Assembly: GCA_963758635.1 (NCBI GenBank)
Contig: CAVWWD010000005.1
Location: 64,001 to 128,000, forward strand
Reading direction: 5' to 3'
Length of the DNA stretch: 64,000 nt
DNA from: an uncultured Candidatus Rokubacteria bacterium
Lineage (GTDB): Bacteria > Methylomirabilota > Methylomirabilia > Rokubacteriales > CSP1-6
Shown: in pieces, positions 30,683 through 41,389 of the stretch
Layout: every line of letters begins with the position of its first letter
Numbering within the stretch: the stretch's first letter is position 1
Program-made: the position numbers and the translations under genes
The notes under the pieces: generated by a model
Told to the model about the DNA's origin: nothing
The model's input: only the letters and a program-made list of their open reading frames with translations
Databases searched by the model: none

Positions 30683-31478
30683 ATGTACGGCAAGGCCGCC
30701 ACCGGCTATCCGCAGCGCGTCGTGTGTCTGGCCGCGGAGCACGTCGAGACGTGCTTCGCGCTGGGCGTGGGCGACCGCGTGGCCGGCGTGCCCGGCACGG
30801 TGCGCCATCCTCCGGAGGCGCGCGACCTGCCGCACGTGGGCGGCTTCACCACGTTCCGCGCCGACCGCATCGTGGCGCTCGCCCCCGACCTCGTGCTCGC
30901 GTTCTCCGACCTGCAGGCCGACGTGACCGCCGAGCTCGTCCGCGCCGGGCTGCCGGTGCTGTGCACCAACCCGCGCTCGCTCGACGAGGTGCTCGCGAGC
31001 CTGCTCGTCGTGGGCGGCGCGCTCGGCCGCGCGCGCGAGGCCGAGGCGCTCGTCCTCGACATGCGCGACGAGATCCGGCAGGTGCGCGAGTTCTCCAGCG
31101 TGTGGCCGCATGCGTCCGCGCGTGTACTTCGAGGAGTGGCCCGATCCGCCGATCGCGGGCATCGCGTGGGTCTCCGAGCTGATCGAGCTCGCGGGCGGAC
31201 GCGACGTGTTCGCCGAGCTCCGCGACCGGCGCGCCGCCGCCGGCCGCATCGTGGACCTGGACGAGGTCGCGCGCCGCGACCCCGAGGTGATCCTCGCCTC
31301 GTGGTGCGGCAAGCCGCTCGACGCCGCGTCGATCGCAGCGCGGCCCGGGTGGGCGGACGTGAGCGCGGTCCGCGCGGGGCGCATCTTCGAGCTGCCGGGC
31401 GCCGACGTGCTCGTGCCGGGGCCGTCGCTGATGCGCGGGCTCCGGAGCATTCACGAGATCGTCCAGCAGGTGCTCTGA
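30683..31478 (+). CDS. Cobalamin/Fe-siderophore-type periplasmic binding protein (frameshift near 31110)
   Basis: PQRVVCL...PDLVLAFSDLQ, then RPRVYFEEWPDP...ASWCGK...PGP in another frame. Confidence 0.75.
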
Positions 31479-31679
31479 CCGTGGGCACGTCCGGCCCGCC
31501 GCGGAAGACGCCGTGAACGAGCGGCGCGCAACTCCTCGAAAGACAGGAGCAAACGAAACCAGGTGAGAACTGCCCGAGAACGGAGGCGCGGGCGCGCGAG
31601 ACGCCGATTAAATTGGCGGACGCTCTCAGGCCCGGTGCTACCATGGGTTCCTCCTGCGACCCCACGGAGAGAAAAAACA

Positions 31680-33113
31680 GTGCTAGCCCGTCCAGAACAG
31701 TTCTTCGCGGATCGTTTCGGCCTCACCACGTCCGGCATGGAGCGCCTGCTCGGCACCACCCTCGCGCGCGCCGACCACGCCGACCTGTTCCTGGAGTACC
31801 GCGTGAACGAGGAGCTGGTGCTCGAGGAAGGCGCGGTCAAGAAGGCCTCGCGTCACGTGAGCCAGGGCGCGGGGGTCCGCGCCCAATCCGGCGAGCGCAC
31901 CGGCTACGCGCACACCGACGACCTCTCGCTCGGCACGCTCGAGGAGGCCGCGCGCCAGGCCCGCGCCATCGCCGAGCGGGCGGGAACGAGCGCGGTCGTC
32001 GCGGTGGACGCGCCGGGCGCGCCCCACGACCTCTACGCGCTGGCCGAGCCTCCGCTCGCCGCCGACCTCGGCAAGAAGGTCGATCTCCTGCGTCAGGTGG
32101 ACGCCGCCGCGCGCGCCGCCGACCCGCGGGTGCGCCAGGTCATCGCGACGATCGCGAGCGAGGAGCTCGTCATCCTGATCGTGACGCCGTCCGGCTTCGC
32201 CGTGGGCGACGTGCGCCCGCTGACGCGGCTCAACGTCACCGTGATCGCCGAGGACGCGGGCAAGCGCGAGTCGGGCAGCTTCGGGGGCGGGGGCCGCGTC
32301 GGCTTCGACTTCTTCCTGGAAGACGCGCGCTGGCGGCGCTTCGCCACCGAGGCGGCGCGCCAGGCCATCATCAAGCTCGGAGCGGTGGACGCGCCGGCCG
32401 GCACGCTGACCGTGGTGCTCGGCCCGGGCTGGCCGGGCATCCTGCTCCACGAGGCGGTGGGCCACGGCCTCGAGGGCGACTTCAACCGCAAGGGGACCTC
32501 GGCGTTCTCGGGGCGCGTCGGCCAGAGAGTCGCGTCCGAGCTGGTCACGGTGGTGGACGACGGCACCATCGCCAACCGGCGCGGGTCGCTCAACGTGGAC
32601 GACGAGGGCGTGCCCACGGGCCGGAACGTGCTCATCGAGAACGGCGTCCTGCGCGGGTACATGCAGGACCGGCTGAACGCGCGCCTGATGGGCACGGCGC
32701 CCACGGGCAACGGCCGCCGCGAGTCGTTCGCGCACCCCCCGATGCCGCGCATGACCAACACGTTCATGCTCGCCGGCCCGGACGACCCCGCGGACATCAT
32801 CCGCTCGGTGCCACGCGGCCTCTACGCCGTCAACTTCGGCGGCGGCCAGGTCGACATCACGAGCGGGCGGTTCGTGTTCTCGGCGAGCGAGGCGTACCTC
32901 ATCGAGGACGGGCGCGTCACCGCGCCGGTCAAGGGGGCCACGCTGATCGGCAACGGGCCCGAGGCCCTCACGCGGGTGACGCGCGTGGGCAGCGATCTCC
33001 GCCTCGACGAGGGCATCGGCACGTGCGGCAAGGACGGGCAGTCCGTCCCCGTGGGCGTGGGCCTGCCCACGATCCGGATCGACGGCATGACGGTCGGCGG
33101 CACCCAGGTATGA
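31680..33113 (+). CDS. tldD: Metalloprotease TldD
   Basis: GILLHEAVGHGLEGDFNRKG, PMPRMTNT, CGKDGQSVPV; start uncertain. Confidence 0.9.
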   Translation: MLARPEQFFADRFGLTTSGMERLLGTTLARADHADLFLEYRVNEELVLEEGAVKKASRHVSQGAGVRAQSGERTGYAHTDDLSLGTLEEAARQARAIAERAGTSAVVAVDAPGAPHDLYALAEPPLAADLGKKVDLLRQVDAAARAADPRVRQVIATIASEELVILIVTPSGFAVGDVRPLTRLNVTVIAEDAGKRESGSFGGGGRVGFDFFLEDARWRRFATEAARQAIIKLGAVDAPAGTLTVVLGPGWPGILLHEAVGHGLEGDFNRKGTSAFSGRVGQRVASELVTVVDDGTIANRRGSLNVDDEGVPTGRNVLIENGVLRGYMQDRLNARLMGTAPTGNGRRESFAHPPMPRMTNTFMLAGPDDPADIIRSVPRGLYAVNFGGGQVDITSGRFVFSASEAYLIEDGRVTAPVKGATLIGNGPEALTRVTRVGSDLRLDEGIGTCGKDGQSVPVGVGLPTIRIDGMTVGGTQV

Positions 33114-33133
33114 CGGGGGCGCCGGCCGACCGT

Positions 33134-33219
33134 GTTGTGAAGGAACGCGGGTTTTGACACCGGCGAGCGGGCCAACACCTCGATTCTGCGTACACGGGGA
33201 GTGCCGTATCGCCATTCAT
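33134..33219. repeat. Repeat family C (~86 bp)
   Basis: Strong match to 36954-37038. Confidence 0.8.
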
Positions 33220-33239
33220 CGAGGTCCAGCTTCGCGCGC

Positions 33240-34574
33240 ATGATCGACCTGCTCCAGGAGGTGCTGGGTCGGGCCACCACGCGCGGCGCCACCGCCGCCG
33301 ACGCCTACGTGGTGGAGAGCCAGTCCTTCTCGGCGCAGGTGCGGCTGGGCGAGGTCGAGACGGTCAAGCACGCGCGCGAGCAGCACCTCGCGCTCCGCGT
33401 GTTCGTGGGAGGCGCGGTCGCCGCCACGTCCACGTCCGACTTCTCCCGGGACTCCCTCGGCCGGCTCGTGGAGGAGGCGGTGTCCCTCGCGCGTCTCACG
33501 AGCCCCGACGAGCTGGCCGGCCTTCCCGACGCCGGCGACCTGGCGGGGCGGCTCCCCGAGCTGGACCTCCACGACCCCGACGGCCACGGCCTCGCCCCCG
33601 AGGAGAAGATCGAGCTGGCGCGGCGCTGCGAGCGCGCGGCCCTGGACTCGGACCCGCGCATCAAGAACTCCGAGGGCGGGGACTTCTCCGACGGCAGCGC
33701 GCGCTACGCCTACGCGACCAGCCACGGGTTCGCCGGCACGTACGCCACGTCCTCGTTCAGCCTCGCCGCATCGCCCGTCGCCGTTGCCGACACCGAGATG
33801 CAGCGCGACGGCTGGTATCACGTCAGCAGGAAGCGCGCGCGGCTGGACACGCCGGAGTCGATCGGGCAGACGGCGGCGCGGCGCGCGCTCCGCCGGCTGG
33901 GCGCGCGGCGGGTCAAGACCGCCGAGGTGCCGGTCGTGTTCGACCCCGACATGGCCGCGGGCCTGCTGCGTCACATCGCGGGCGCCGCGTCGGGGCCCGC
34001 GCTCTACCGTGGGGCCTCGTTCCTGATGAAGCGGCTCGGCCAGAGGATCGCCGCGCCCTCCGTCACCATCGTCGACGACGGCACCGTGCCGGGCGCGCTC
34101 GGCTCGCGGCCCTTCGACGGCGAGGGGCTGCCCATCCGCCGCACCACGCTCGTGGACCGCGGCGTGCTCGCCTCGTATCTCCTCGACACCTACAGCGGGC
34201 GGAAGCTCGGCCTGCCATCCACGCACCACGCCGCGCGCGACGGCAGCGGCGTGTCGGTGTCCACCACCAACCTCTTCCTCGCCGCCGGGGACACCGACCC
34301 CCGCGACCTCATCGCGAGCGTGAAGAGCGGGCTCTACGTCACCGAGCTGATCGGGTTCGGCGTCAACGGGGTCACGGGCGACTACTCGCGGGGGGCCGTC
34401 GGGCTGTGGATCGACAACGGCGAGCTGGCCTACCCGGTGGAGGAGATCACGGTGGCGGGAAACCTTCTCGAGATGTTCCAGGCGATCGAAGGCGTCGGCA
34501 ACGACCTCGTGCTCCGCGACCGCACGTCGGCGCCCACCCTGCTCGTGGGCAAGATGGTGGTCGCCGGCTCATGA
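33240..34574 (+). CDS. pmbA: TldE/PmbA family protein
   Basis: FDGEG, GVNGVTGDYSRG, EITVAGNL; follows tldD. Confidence 0.85.
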   Translation: MIDLLQEVLGRATTRGATAADAYVVESQSFSAQVRLGEVETVKHAREQHLALRVFVGGAVAATSTSDFSRDSLGRLVEEAVSLARLTSPDELAGLPDAGDLAGRLPELDLHDPDGHGLAPEEKIELARRCERAALDSDPRIKNSEGGDFSDGSARYAYATSHGFAGTYATSSFSLAASPVAVADTEMQRDGWYHVSRKRARLDTPESIGQTAARRALRRLGARRVKTAEVPVVFDPDMAAGLLRHIAGAASGPALYRGASFLMKRLGQRIAAPSVTIVDDGTVPGALGSRPFDGEGLPIRRTTLVDRGVLASYLLDTYSGRKLGLPSTHHAARDGSGVSVSTTNLFLAAGDTDPRDLIASVKSGLYVTELIGFGVNGVTGDYSRGAVGLWIDNGELAYPVEEITVAGNLLEMFQAIEGVGNDLVLRDRTSAPTLLVGKMVVAGS

Positions 34575-35356
34575 TCATCGACACGCACTGTCACCTGCAC
34601 GACGACGCCTTCGCCGACGTCGCGGGGACGCTGGCGCGCGCCCGCGAGCACGAGGTGTGGGGCGTGATCGCGGTGGGCTGCGACGAGCCCACCAACCGCC
34701 GCACGCTCGAGGCCGCGCTCGGCAACAGCAAGGCGGTGTGGCCGGCGCTGGGCTTCCACCCCGAGCGCACCGCGCTCGGCGACGCCGACCTCGAGCAGGT
34801 CGAGGCCCAGGTGCTGGCGAACCACGCGCGCATGGTCGCCCTCGGCGAGGTGGGCCTGCCGTGGTACAGCCTGGAGGGCGCCGCCGACCCCGTGCCGCTG
34901 ATGACGCGCGGGCGGGGGCGCCTGGGCCGCCTGCTTCGCCTCGCCAACCGCTTCGACCTGCCGGTGATCCTGCACGCGCCGCACGCGGCCGCCGCCCACG
35001 CGCTGGAGGCGCTCAGGGACGCGCACGTCGAGCGCGCGGTGTTCCACTGGCACAAGGCGCCCGCCGACGTGACCCGCGACATCGTGGCCGCCGGCTACCT
35101 CGTGTCGGTGACGCCCGAGGTGGTCTACCGGGACCGCGACCGCGAGCTGGTGGAGATGGTCCCGCTCGACTCGCTCCTCGTGGAGAGCGACGCGCCGTGG
35201 CCGTACAAGGGGGAGTTCGAGGCCGCCGGCTCCGGCCCGTGGCTCGTCTCGCGCGTGGCGGAAGAGGTGGCGAAGATCAAGCGGCTCCCCGTCGAGGAGA
35301 CCATGTACCGCCTCTCCGTCAACGCCTGCCGCCTGTTCGACCTCGTCTGGTCATAG
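34571..35356 (+). CDS. TatD family nuclease
   Basis: IDTHCHL, GFHP, GEVGL, ESDAP. Confidence 0.85.
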   Translation: MIIDTHCHLHDDAFADVAGTLARAREHEVWGVIAVGCDEPTNRRTLEAALGNSKAVWPALGFHPERTALGDADLEQVEAQVLANHARMVALGEVGLPWYSLEGAADPVPLMTRGRGRLGRLLRLANRFDLPVILHAPHAAAAHALEALRDAHVERAVFHWHKAPADVTRDIVAAGYLVSVTPEVVYRDRDRELVEMVPLDSLLVESDAPWPYKGEFEAAGSGPWLVSRVAEEVAKIKRLPVEETMYRLSVNACRLFDLVWS

Positions 35357-35412
35357 ATCGGAGGGGGCCTCGACGGCCCCCTCCCCGCGCGAGGTGACCC
35401 GGCGGCGCTGAC

Positions 35413-36930
35413 TCAGGCGCGGGCGGCGGCGGGCTGGGCGAGGAAGGCGGCGGCGGAGTCGCCGGCGGTCTTGCCGAAGACCGCGCCCGACATCAGGCCG
35501 GTGCCGCCCGGGTAGTTGTGGTAGAAGAGCCCGCCGACCATCTCCCCCGCCGCGAAGAGGCCGGGGATCGGACGATCCTCGGTGTCCAGCACCCGCGCCC
35601 CGGTGTCGACGCGCAGCCCGCCGAACGTGAACGTGATCCCGCAGGTGACGCCGAAGCCCACGTAGGGCGGCGAGTCGAGCGGCACCGCCCAGTTCGACTT
35701 CGGCGGCGTGATGCCCACCGTGCACTTGCCGTCGAGGATGGCCGGGTTGAACGGCACGTCCTTGATCGACGCGTTGAACTCGCGCACCGTGCGGGCGAGC
35801 CCTTCGGGATCGATGTCGAGCTGGCGCGCGAGGTCCTCGATGGTGCTCGCCTCGCCCTTGGTGACCTGGCGGATGCGGTACTCCTCGCGCAGCAGCTCGA
35901 CGGTCTTCTGGTCGAAGATCTGGAACGCCGCCCGCTGGGGCTGGCGGATGATCTCGCGGCCGTACTTCGCGTACGTGTAGTTGCGGAAGTCCGCGCCCTC
36001 GTCCACGAAGCGCTGGCCGTGGATGTTGACGATGAGCCCGAGCGGGTACGAGTGCTTCTGGAACATGTCGCCCACCGTGCGGTCGCCGAAGGGCGGCGAC
36101 GCCAGGTCCCACGCCACCGCGTGGCACGAGGACCAGTGCCCGAAGGGCTGCGCGCCGACCTCGAGGGCCATGCGGATGCCGTCGCCGGTGTTGTGCCGCG
36201 TCCCGCGCACGCGCGCGAGGTCCCAGTCGCGCCCGAGGTAGCGGGTCCGCCACTCCGGGTTGGCCTCGAAGCCGCCGGCGGCGAGGACGACCGATCGGCA
36301 GGGTATCTCATGGAAGCCCGTCGCGTCCCGGGTCACCACCGCGCGGATGGCGCCCGCGTCGTCGAGCTTGAGCGCGCGCACGCCCTCGCCGTACCGCACG
36401 GTGATGCCGACGGCGGCGGCGCGGTCGTACCCCCACTGCACGAGCCCGGGGCCGCCCCCGACCGCCTCCATCGCCATGCCCCCGAAGAAGTGGTGCCGGT
36501 CGCCGACCTTGTAGGCCTGGCGGCCGAACATGAGGATCCATCGGAGGCCTTGCTCGCGCATCCACACCACGGTGGGCCGGGACCGGCGCACGAGGTGCGT
36601 CGCGAGGTCGGCGTCGGCCAGTCCCTCGGTCACGCGCATGAGGTCGTCCAGGTACTGGCTCTCCGGGTAGGGGGGCAGCTCGATGGACTTGGCCTCCCAC
36701 TCCGTCACGTCCGGGATGACGTCGCGGCGGACGTCCTCGAGGCCCTGGTGGGCGAAGCGGAACCCGCCCGCGGTGAAGAACGAGTTGCCGCCGCGCTCCG
36801 GCTCCGGCGCCTTCTCGAGGACGAGCACCGAGCGCCCGGCCTCACGCGCCGCGATGGCCGCGCACAGCGCGGCGTTGCCGCCACCCACCACCACGAGATC
36901 GTAGCTTCCGTGTCCGTCCTGTCGGCTCAT
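35413..36930 (-). CDS. tcuA: FAD-dependent tricarballylate dehydrogenase TcuA-like flavoprotein
   Basis: GGGNAALCAA, RGGNS, GGFEAN, GITFTFGG, NYPGGTGL. Confidence 0.75.
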   Translation of the reverse strand: MSRQDGHGSYDLVVVGGGNAALCAAIAAREAGRSVLVLEKAPEPERGGNSFFTAGGFRFAHQGLEDVRRDVIPDVTEWEAKSIELPPYPESQYLDDLMRVTEGLADADLATHLVRRSRPTVVWMREQGLRWILMFGRQAYKVGDRHHFFGGMAMEAVGGGPGLVQWGYDRAAAVGITVRYGEGVRALKLDDAGAIRAVVTRDATGFHEIPCRSVVLAAGGFEANPEWRTRYLGRDWDLARVRGTRHNTGDGIRMALEVGAQPFGHWSSCHAVAWDLASPPFGDRTVGDMFQKHSYPLGLIVNIHGQRFVDEGADFRNYTYAKYGREIIRQPQRAAFQIFDQKTVELLREEYRIRQVTKGEASTIEDLARQLDIDPEGLARTVREFNASIKDVPFNPAILDGKCTVGITPPKSNWAVPLDSPPYVGFGVTCGITFTFGGLRVDTGARVLDTEDRPIPGLFAAGEMVGGLFYHNYPGGTGLMSGAVFGKTAGDSAAAFLAQPAAARA

Positions 36931-36953
36931 GAGGGTCAAGCGCTCCTGTCCAG

Positions 36954-37038
36954 GTTGTGGAGGAATGCGGATGTTGACGTCGGCGAGCGGGCCAACACCG
37001 CGACTCTGCGTACACGCGGAGTGCCGTTCGCCATTCAT
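36954..37038. repeat. Repeat family C
   Basis: Matches 33134-33219; one end overlaps the uppP stop codon. Confidence 0.8.
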
Positions 37039-37835
37039 TCATGTCCCCTGTCGGCGAACATGAGGATGACGAGGCCAAGGGCCACGCGATACCAGCCGAA
37101 GCCCACGAAGGTATGGGTCCTGACGAAGCGAAGCAGCCAGCGGACGACGAGGAGGGCGGCGAGGGCGGCGACGACGGTGCCGACCGCCACCATGGCCCAG
37201 TCCGTGGGCTCGGCGCCCGGGTGCCGCAGGCTCCGCGCCGCCTCGAACGCGCCGGCGGCGAGCAGCGTCGGCAGGCCCACGAGGAACGAGAACTCGGTGG
37301 CCGCGGGCCGGCTCAACCCCAGGCCCAGCGCCACGAGGATGGTGGCGGCGGAGCGGGAGGTGCCCGGGAACATGCCCGCCACGAGCTGGGCGATGCCGAC
37401 GGCCACGGCGATCGCCCACGTCACCTCGGCGGCCATCGGCCGGCCGCGCAGCCAGCGCTCGGCGGCGAGGATCACGACGCCGCCGAGAAGCGTGGCCCAG
37501 GCCACGGGGCCGCCGGTCTTCGGCAGGCTCCACCCGAGGCGGCGCACCACGAGCAGCCCCACGCCGGTGATGACGACGGCGATGAGGAGCTTGCCGAGGA
37601 ACGAGCGGGCGTCCCGCTCACGGAAGCGGGCGAAGAGGCCGCCGAGCCGGCCCGCGAACACCGCGATCAGCGCCGCGCACGTGCCCGACTGGATCACGAT
37701 GTTGAAGACGTCGGTCTGGCGCGGGAGCCCGCCCACCGTCTCGGCGAGGAGCAGGTGACCCGTGGACGAGACCGGCAGGAACTCCGTGAGGCCCTCGATG
37801 AGCCCGAGGGCGACGGCGGCCAGCCAGTCGGGCAC
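37035..37835 (-). CDS. uppP: Undecaprenyl-diphosphatase
   Basis: EGLTEFLPVSSTGH, PGTSRS, EFSFL. Confidence 0.9.
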   Translation of the reverse strand: MPDWLAAVALGLIEGLTEFLPVSSTGHLLLAETVGGLPRQTDVFNIVIQSGTCAALIAVFAGRLGGLFARFRERDARSFLGKLLIAVVITGVGLLVVRRLGWSLPKTGGPVAWATLLGGVVILAAERWLRGRPMAAEVTWAIAVAVGIAQLVAGMFPGTSRSAATILVALGLGLSRPAATEFSFLVGLPTLLAAGAFEAARSLRHPGAEPTDWAMVAVGTVVAALAALLVVRWLLRFVRTHTFVGFGWYRVALGLVILMFADRGHE

Positions 37836-37838
37836 CCG

Positions 37839-38666
37839 CTACCCCACGATCTCTTCGCCCCCGTCCACCCCGATCACGTTGCCCGTCATCCAGTAGGTGT
37901 CGGGGTGCGACAGCACCACGATGGCCCGGGCGACGTCCTCGGTGGTGGTCAGGCGCCGGTGGGGATTCCGCTCGGCGGCACGGCGGGAGAACGTCTCGTA
38001 GTTCGGGATGGCCTTCGCGGCCGGCGTCGCGGTGACGCCGGCCCGGATCGAGTTCGCGGTGATCCCGAGCGGGGCCAGCTCGGCGGCGAGCTGGCGGATG
38101 TTCGACTCCAGCGCGGCCTTGGCCGCGGACACCGGCCCGTAATGGGGCAGCACCCGCGCCGACCCCGACAACGTCATGGCGAAGATGCGCCCGCCCTCGC
38201 CCATGAGGCCGCGCCCCACCAGCTCCTGCGCCCAGTAGATGAGGCTGTGGGCCATCACGTCGAGGGTCATGTCCATCTGGGCCTTGGTGACGGCTTCCTT
38301 CATCGGATCGCTCACGAAGAGCTTGAGGGTGCCGAAGGCCAGCGAGTGGAGCATCACGCGCGCCTGGCCGAGCTGTCCGCGCTCGCGCAGCACGCGCTCC
38401 ATCTCCGTGGCGACCTCGGCGCGCCGCTCCTCGTCGGCGGCGTTGATGTTGAAGAAGTGCGCCTCGCGGCCGAGCGCGCGGATCTCGCCGGTGATGCGAT
38501 CGACGTTGCCGCGCGTGGCGCGGCGGTCGAGGTGGACGCCGAAGATGTCGAGGCCGGCGCGGGCGAGGGCGAGCGCGGTGGCCTCGCCGAAGCCGGAGGA
38601 GGCTCCGAGGATCAGGGCCCAGCCGTCGAGCCGGATGGCCGGCGCGGGGCCGGTCACGAGCGCCAC
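37839..38666 (-). CDS. SDR, enoyl-ACP reductase-like
   Basis: GASSGFG, Y-x6-K (YGPVSAAK), VDGG. Confidence 0.75.
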   Translation of the reverse strand: MALVTGPAPAIRLDGWALILGASSGFGEATALALARAGLDIFGVHLDRRATRGNVDRITGEIRALGREAHFFNINAADEERRAEVATEMERVLRERGQLGQARVMLHSLAFGTLKLFVSDPMKEAVTKAQMDMTLDVMAHSLIYWAQELVGRGLMGEGGRIFAMTLSGSARVLPHYGPVSAAKAALESNIRQLAAELAPLGITANSIRAGVTATPAAKAIPNYETFSRRAAERNPHRRLTTTEDVARAIVVLSHPDTYWMTGNVIGVDGGEEIVG

Positions 38667-38764
38667 TTCCCGCGGCGAAGCGTCATCGCGAGGGGAATCT
38701 TATCATCAAGCCGCGAGCGGCGGCTTCACCGGCTCGCGGGCGCGGTGCTACCATATGGGCGCTC

Positions 38765-39496
38765 ATGGCCAGGACGGCGAGCATCGTCCTCATCGGCAAC
38801 GAGATCCTGTCCGGCAAGGTGGTGGACGCGAACGCCTCCTACCTCTGCCGGGAACTGCGAGCCCTCGGCGTCGAGGTTCGCAAGATCACCGTGATTCCCG
38901 ACGAGGTCGACCTGATCGCCGCCGAGGTCGCGGCGGCGAGCCGGGCGTCGGACGTGGTCTTCACCTCGGGCGGCGTGGGCCCGACCCACGACGACGTGAC
39001 CATGGACGGCGTGGCACAGGCCATCGGCGTGCCGGTCGTCCGGGACGAGCGCCTGGTCGCCCTGATCACGCGCTACGCGAAGGGCGCGGTCACCGAGGCG
39101 CGCCTGCGCATGGCCCTGATCCCCGAGGGGGCGGAGCTGGTGGAGGCCGAGCAGCTCATGTTCCCGGTGGTGCTGGCGCGCAACATCTACATCCTGCCCG
39201 GCGTGCCCGAGATCTTCCGGCAGAAGTTCGACGCCGTACGCGAGCGCTTCCGGGAGACGCCGTTCTTCCTGACCAGCGTGTTCGTGGACATGGGCGAGGG
39301 CACGCTCGCCGACTACCTGAACGAGCTGCTCCGCCACCATCCGCGGCTCCAGCTGGGCTCGTACCCCGAGTTCTCGAACCCCGAGTACAAGGTGAAGGTC
39401 ACGCTCGAGTCGAAGGATCGCGAGCTGATGGAGCGGGCCGTCACCCATTTCCTCAGCCGGCTCCCCGCCGCTTCCGTCGTCCGCGTGGAACGCTGA
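38765..39496 (+). CDS. CinA-like molybdopterin-binding domain protein
   Basis: GNEILSG, SGGVGPTHDDVT, LPGVP. Confidence 0.8.
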   Translation: MARTASIVLIGNEILSGKVVDANASYLCRELRALGVEVRKITVIPDEVDLIAAEVAAASRASDVVFTSGGVGPTHDDVTMDGVAQAIGVPVVRDERLVALITRYAKGAVTEARLRMALIPEGAELVEAEQLMFPVVLARNIYILPGVPEIFRQKFDAVRERFRETPFFLTSVFVDMGEGTLADYLNELLRHHPRLQLGSYPEFSNPEYKVKVTLESKDRELMERAVTHFLSRLPAASVVRVER

Positions 39497-39524
39497 CGCC
39501 GCGTCCCGACGGCCTCCCGCCGGC

Positions 39525-41258
39525 ATGACGGCCCGGGTCCTGCTCGCGGTGGCGGTGGTGGCCGCCGCGCTCTTCTTCGTCGGCCTCGACCAGCCGCCGT
39601 TCATCGATCCCCCCGAGGGCTTCCACGCCGCGGTGGCCCGCGAGATGCTCGCCGGCGGCGACTGGATCACGCCCCGCATCAACGGTGTCCGCTACTTCGA
39701 CAAGCCCCCGCTCCTCTACTGGCTGATGGCGACGGGCTTCGCCACGCTCGGGCTCTCGCCCGCGGTGGCGCGGCTCGCGTCGGTGCTCCCCGCGGTGGGC
39801 GTCGCCGTGGTCACCGCGTGGATCGGCCTCCGCCTGGGCGGGGCGCGCCTCGGGCTCCTCGCCGGGCTCATCGTCGCCGCGAACCTCGAGCTCTTCCTGT
39901 ACGCGCGCCTCGTCAAGCCGGACCTCCTCATGGTCCTGGCCATCGTCTGCGCGTTCGCGGCGTTCCTGGAAGCGTACGGCGTGGGCCGCCGGGGCGCGGT
40001 CCCGCTGTTCTACGCGAGCCTGGGCGCGGCCGCGCTCGCGAAGGACATCCTCGGGGCGATCGGGCCGCTCCTCGTCGTCGCGGTGTTCCTCGCCGTGACC
40101 GGGGAGCGCGCGCAGCTCGCCCAATGGCGCCCGTGGCACGGCCTCGCCGTCCTCGCCGCCGTGGTCCTGCCCTGGTACGGCGCCATGGAGATCGCCAACC
40201 CGGGGTTCCTCTGGTACACGGTCGTCGACAACCACGCGCTCAACATCGCGCAGCACCGCGTGTTCCCCGACGAGGACGTCCCCCTGGGCGCGCTGGAGTT
40301 CCTCGGCGTCACCGCGGTGGGGTTCTTGCCGTGGACGGCGGCGCTGCCGTGGGCGGTGTGGCGCGCGCTCCGGGGACCATGGGACTCGGTGGAGCGGCGG
40401 GCGTGGCTGCTCCTGGGGATGTGGACGACCCTCGTGCTCGGGGTCTTCACCCTCTCGCCGTTCAAGCTTCCGCACTACGGGCTGCCCGCGTTCCCCGCGA
40501 TGGCGCTCCTCGTGGCCAAGCTCTGGAACGACGTGCTGGACGGCGATCCGCCCGCCGTGCGCGCGATGCTCGTGCCCGCGCTCATCACGCTGATCGCCGT
40601 CGCCATCGCCGCGTACCTCGGGTCCGAGGGGCGGCTCGCGCTTCCGGGCGACGCGCTGTCCACCGTCAACGTCGCCACGCGGAACCTGGCCGCGCGCGGC
40701 CAGGACGCGCCGTTCGCCACCGCGGCGGCGATCCGCCCGATCCTCGGCACGCTCGCCCTGATCTTCGGCGCGGGCGCGGTGGCGGTGGCGGCGGCGCTGG
40801 CGCTCGAGCGGCTGCAGATCGGGCTCGGCGTGCTCCTCGCCGTGATGCTGGCGGGGCTGCCCGTCACGGTGCAGGGCGTGGCCGCGTTCGCGGAGAGCCG
40901 GTCGCTCCGGCCCCTCGCCGAGGCGGTGGCCCTGCGCGCCGGGCCCCGTGACGTGCTCGTGCACGAGGGGCCGCTCGAGAACAGCGCGTCGTGGCTCCTC
41001 GGCCTCCCGCGCGGGCGCGAGCCGGTGCGGATCGTGAACGGGCGCCAGTCGAACCTCGCGGTGGGCGCCACGTACCCGGAGGCGCGCGCGATCTTCTGGG
41101 ACGGCCGGCGCCTCGCCGAGAGCTGGCGCGGCGCCGAGCGCCTGTTCCTCATCTCCACGCTGCCGCCCGAGCGGAGCGCGACCCGCGATCTGCCTCCGGA
41201 CAGCGTCCACCTTCTCGCCGTCCGCGGCGGCCGCTGGCTCTACTCCAATCGGCAGTGA
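39525..41258 (+). CDS. ArnT-like GT-C glycosyltransferase
   Basis: DPPEG, REM..GDWITP, FDKPPLLYW, KLPHY. Confidence 0.8.
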   Translation: MTARVLLAVAVVAAALFFVGLDQPPFIDPPEGFHAAVAREMLAGGDWITPRINGVRYFDKPPLLYWLMATGFATLGLSPAVARLASVLPAVGVAVVTAWIGLRLGGARLGLLAGLIVAANLELFLYARLVKPDLLMVLAIVCAFAAFLEAYGVGRRGAVPLFYASLGAAALAKDILGAIGPLLVVAVFLAVTGERAQLAQWRPWHGLAVLAAVVLPWYGAMEIANPGFLWYTVVDNHALNIAQHRVFPDEDVPLGALEFLGVTAVGFLPWTAALPWAVWRALRGPWDSVERRAWLLLGMWTTLVLGVFTLSPFKLPHYGLPAFPAMALLVAKLWNDVLDGDPPAVRAMLVPALITLIAVAIAAYLGSEGRLALPGDALSTVNVATRNLAARGQDAPFATAAAIRPILGTLALIFGAGAVAVAAALALERLQIGLGVLLAVMLAGLPVTVQGVAAFAESRSLRPLAEAVALRAGPRDVLVHEGPLENSASWLLGLPRGREPVRIVNGRQSNLAVGATYPEARAIFWDGRRLAESWRGAERLFLISTLPPERSATRDLPPDSVHLLAVRGGRWLYSNRQ

Positions 41259-41389
41259 CGGGGCCGATGGCCGCGGCGGACGGTGGCTCCGCGCCGACCG
41301 GCAGGGACGGCGCGGGCGGCGTTCGGCCCGGTGCTATCCTTGCCGGGTCACGCCGCCCATCGGTGGCCGCGGCGGCGGGAGGGAGCGGC

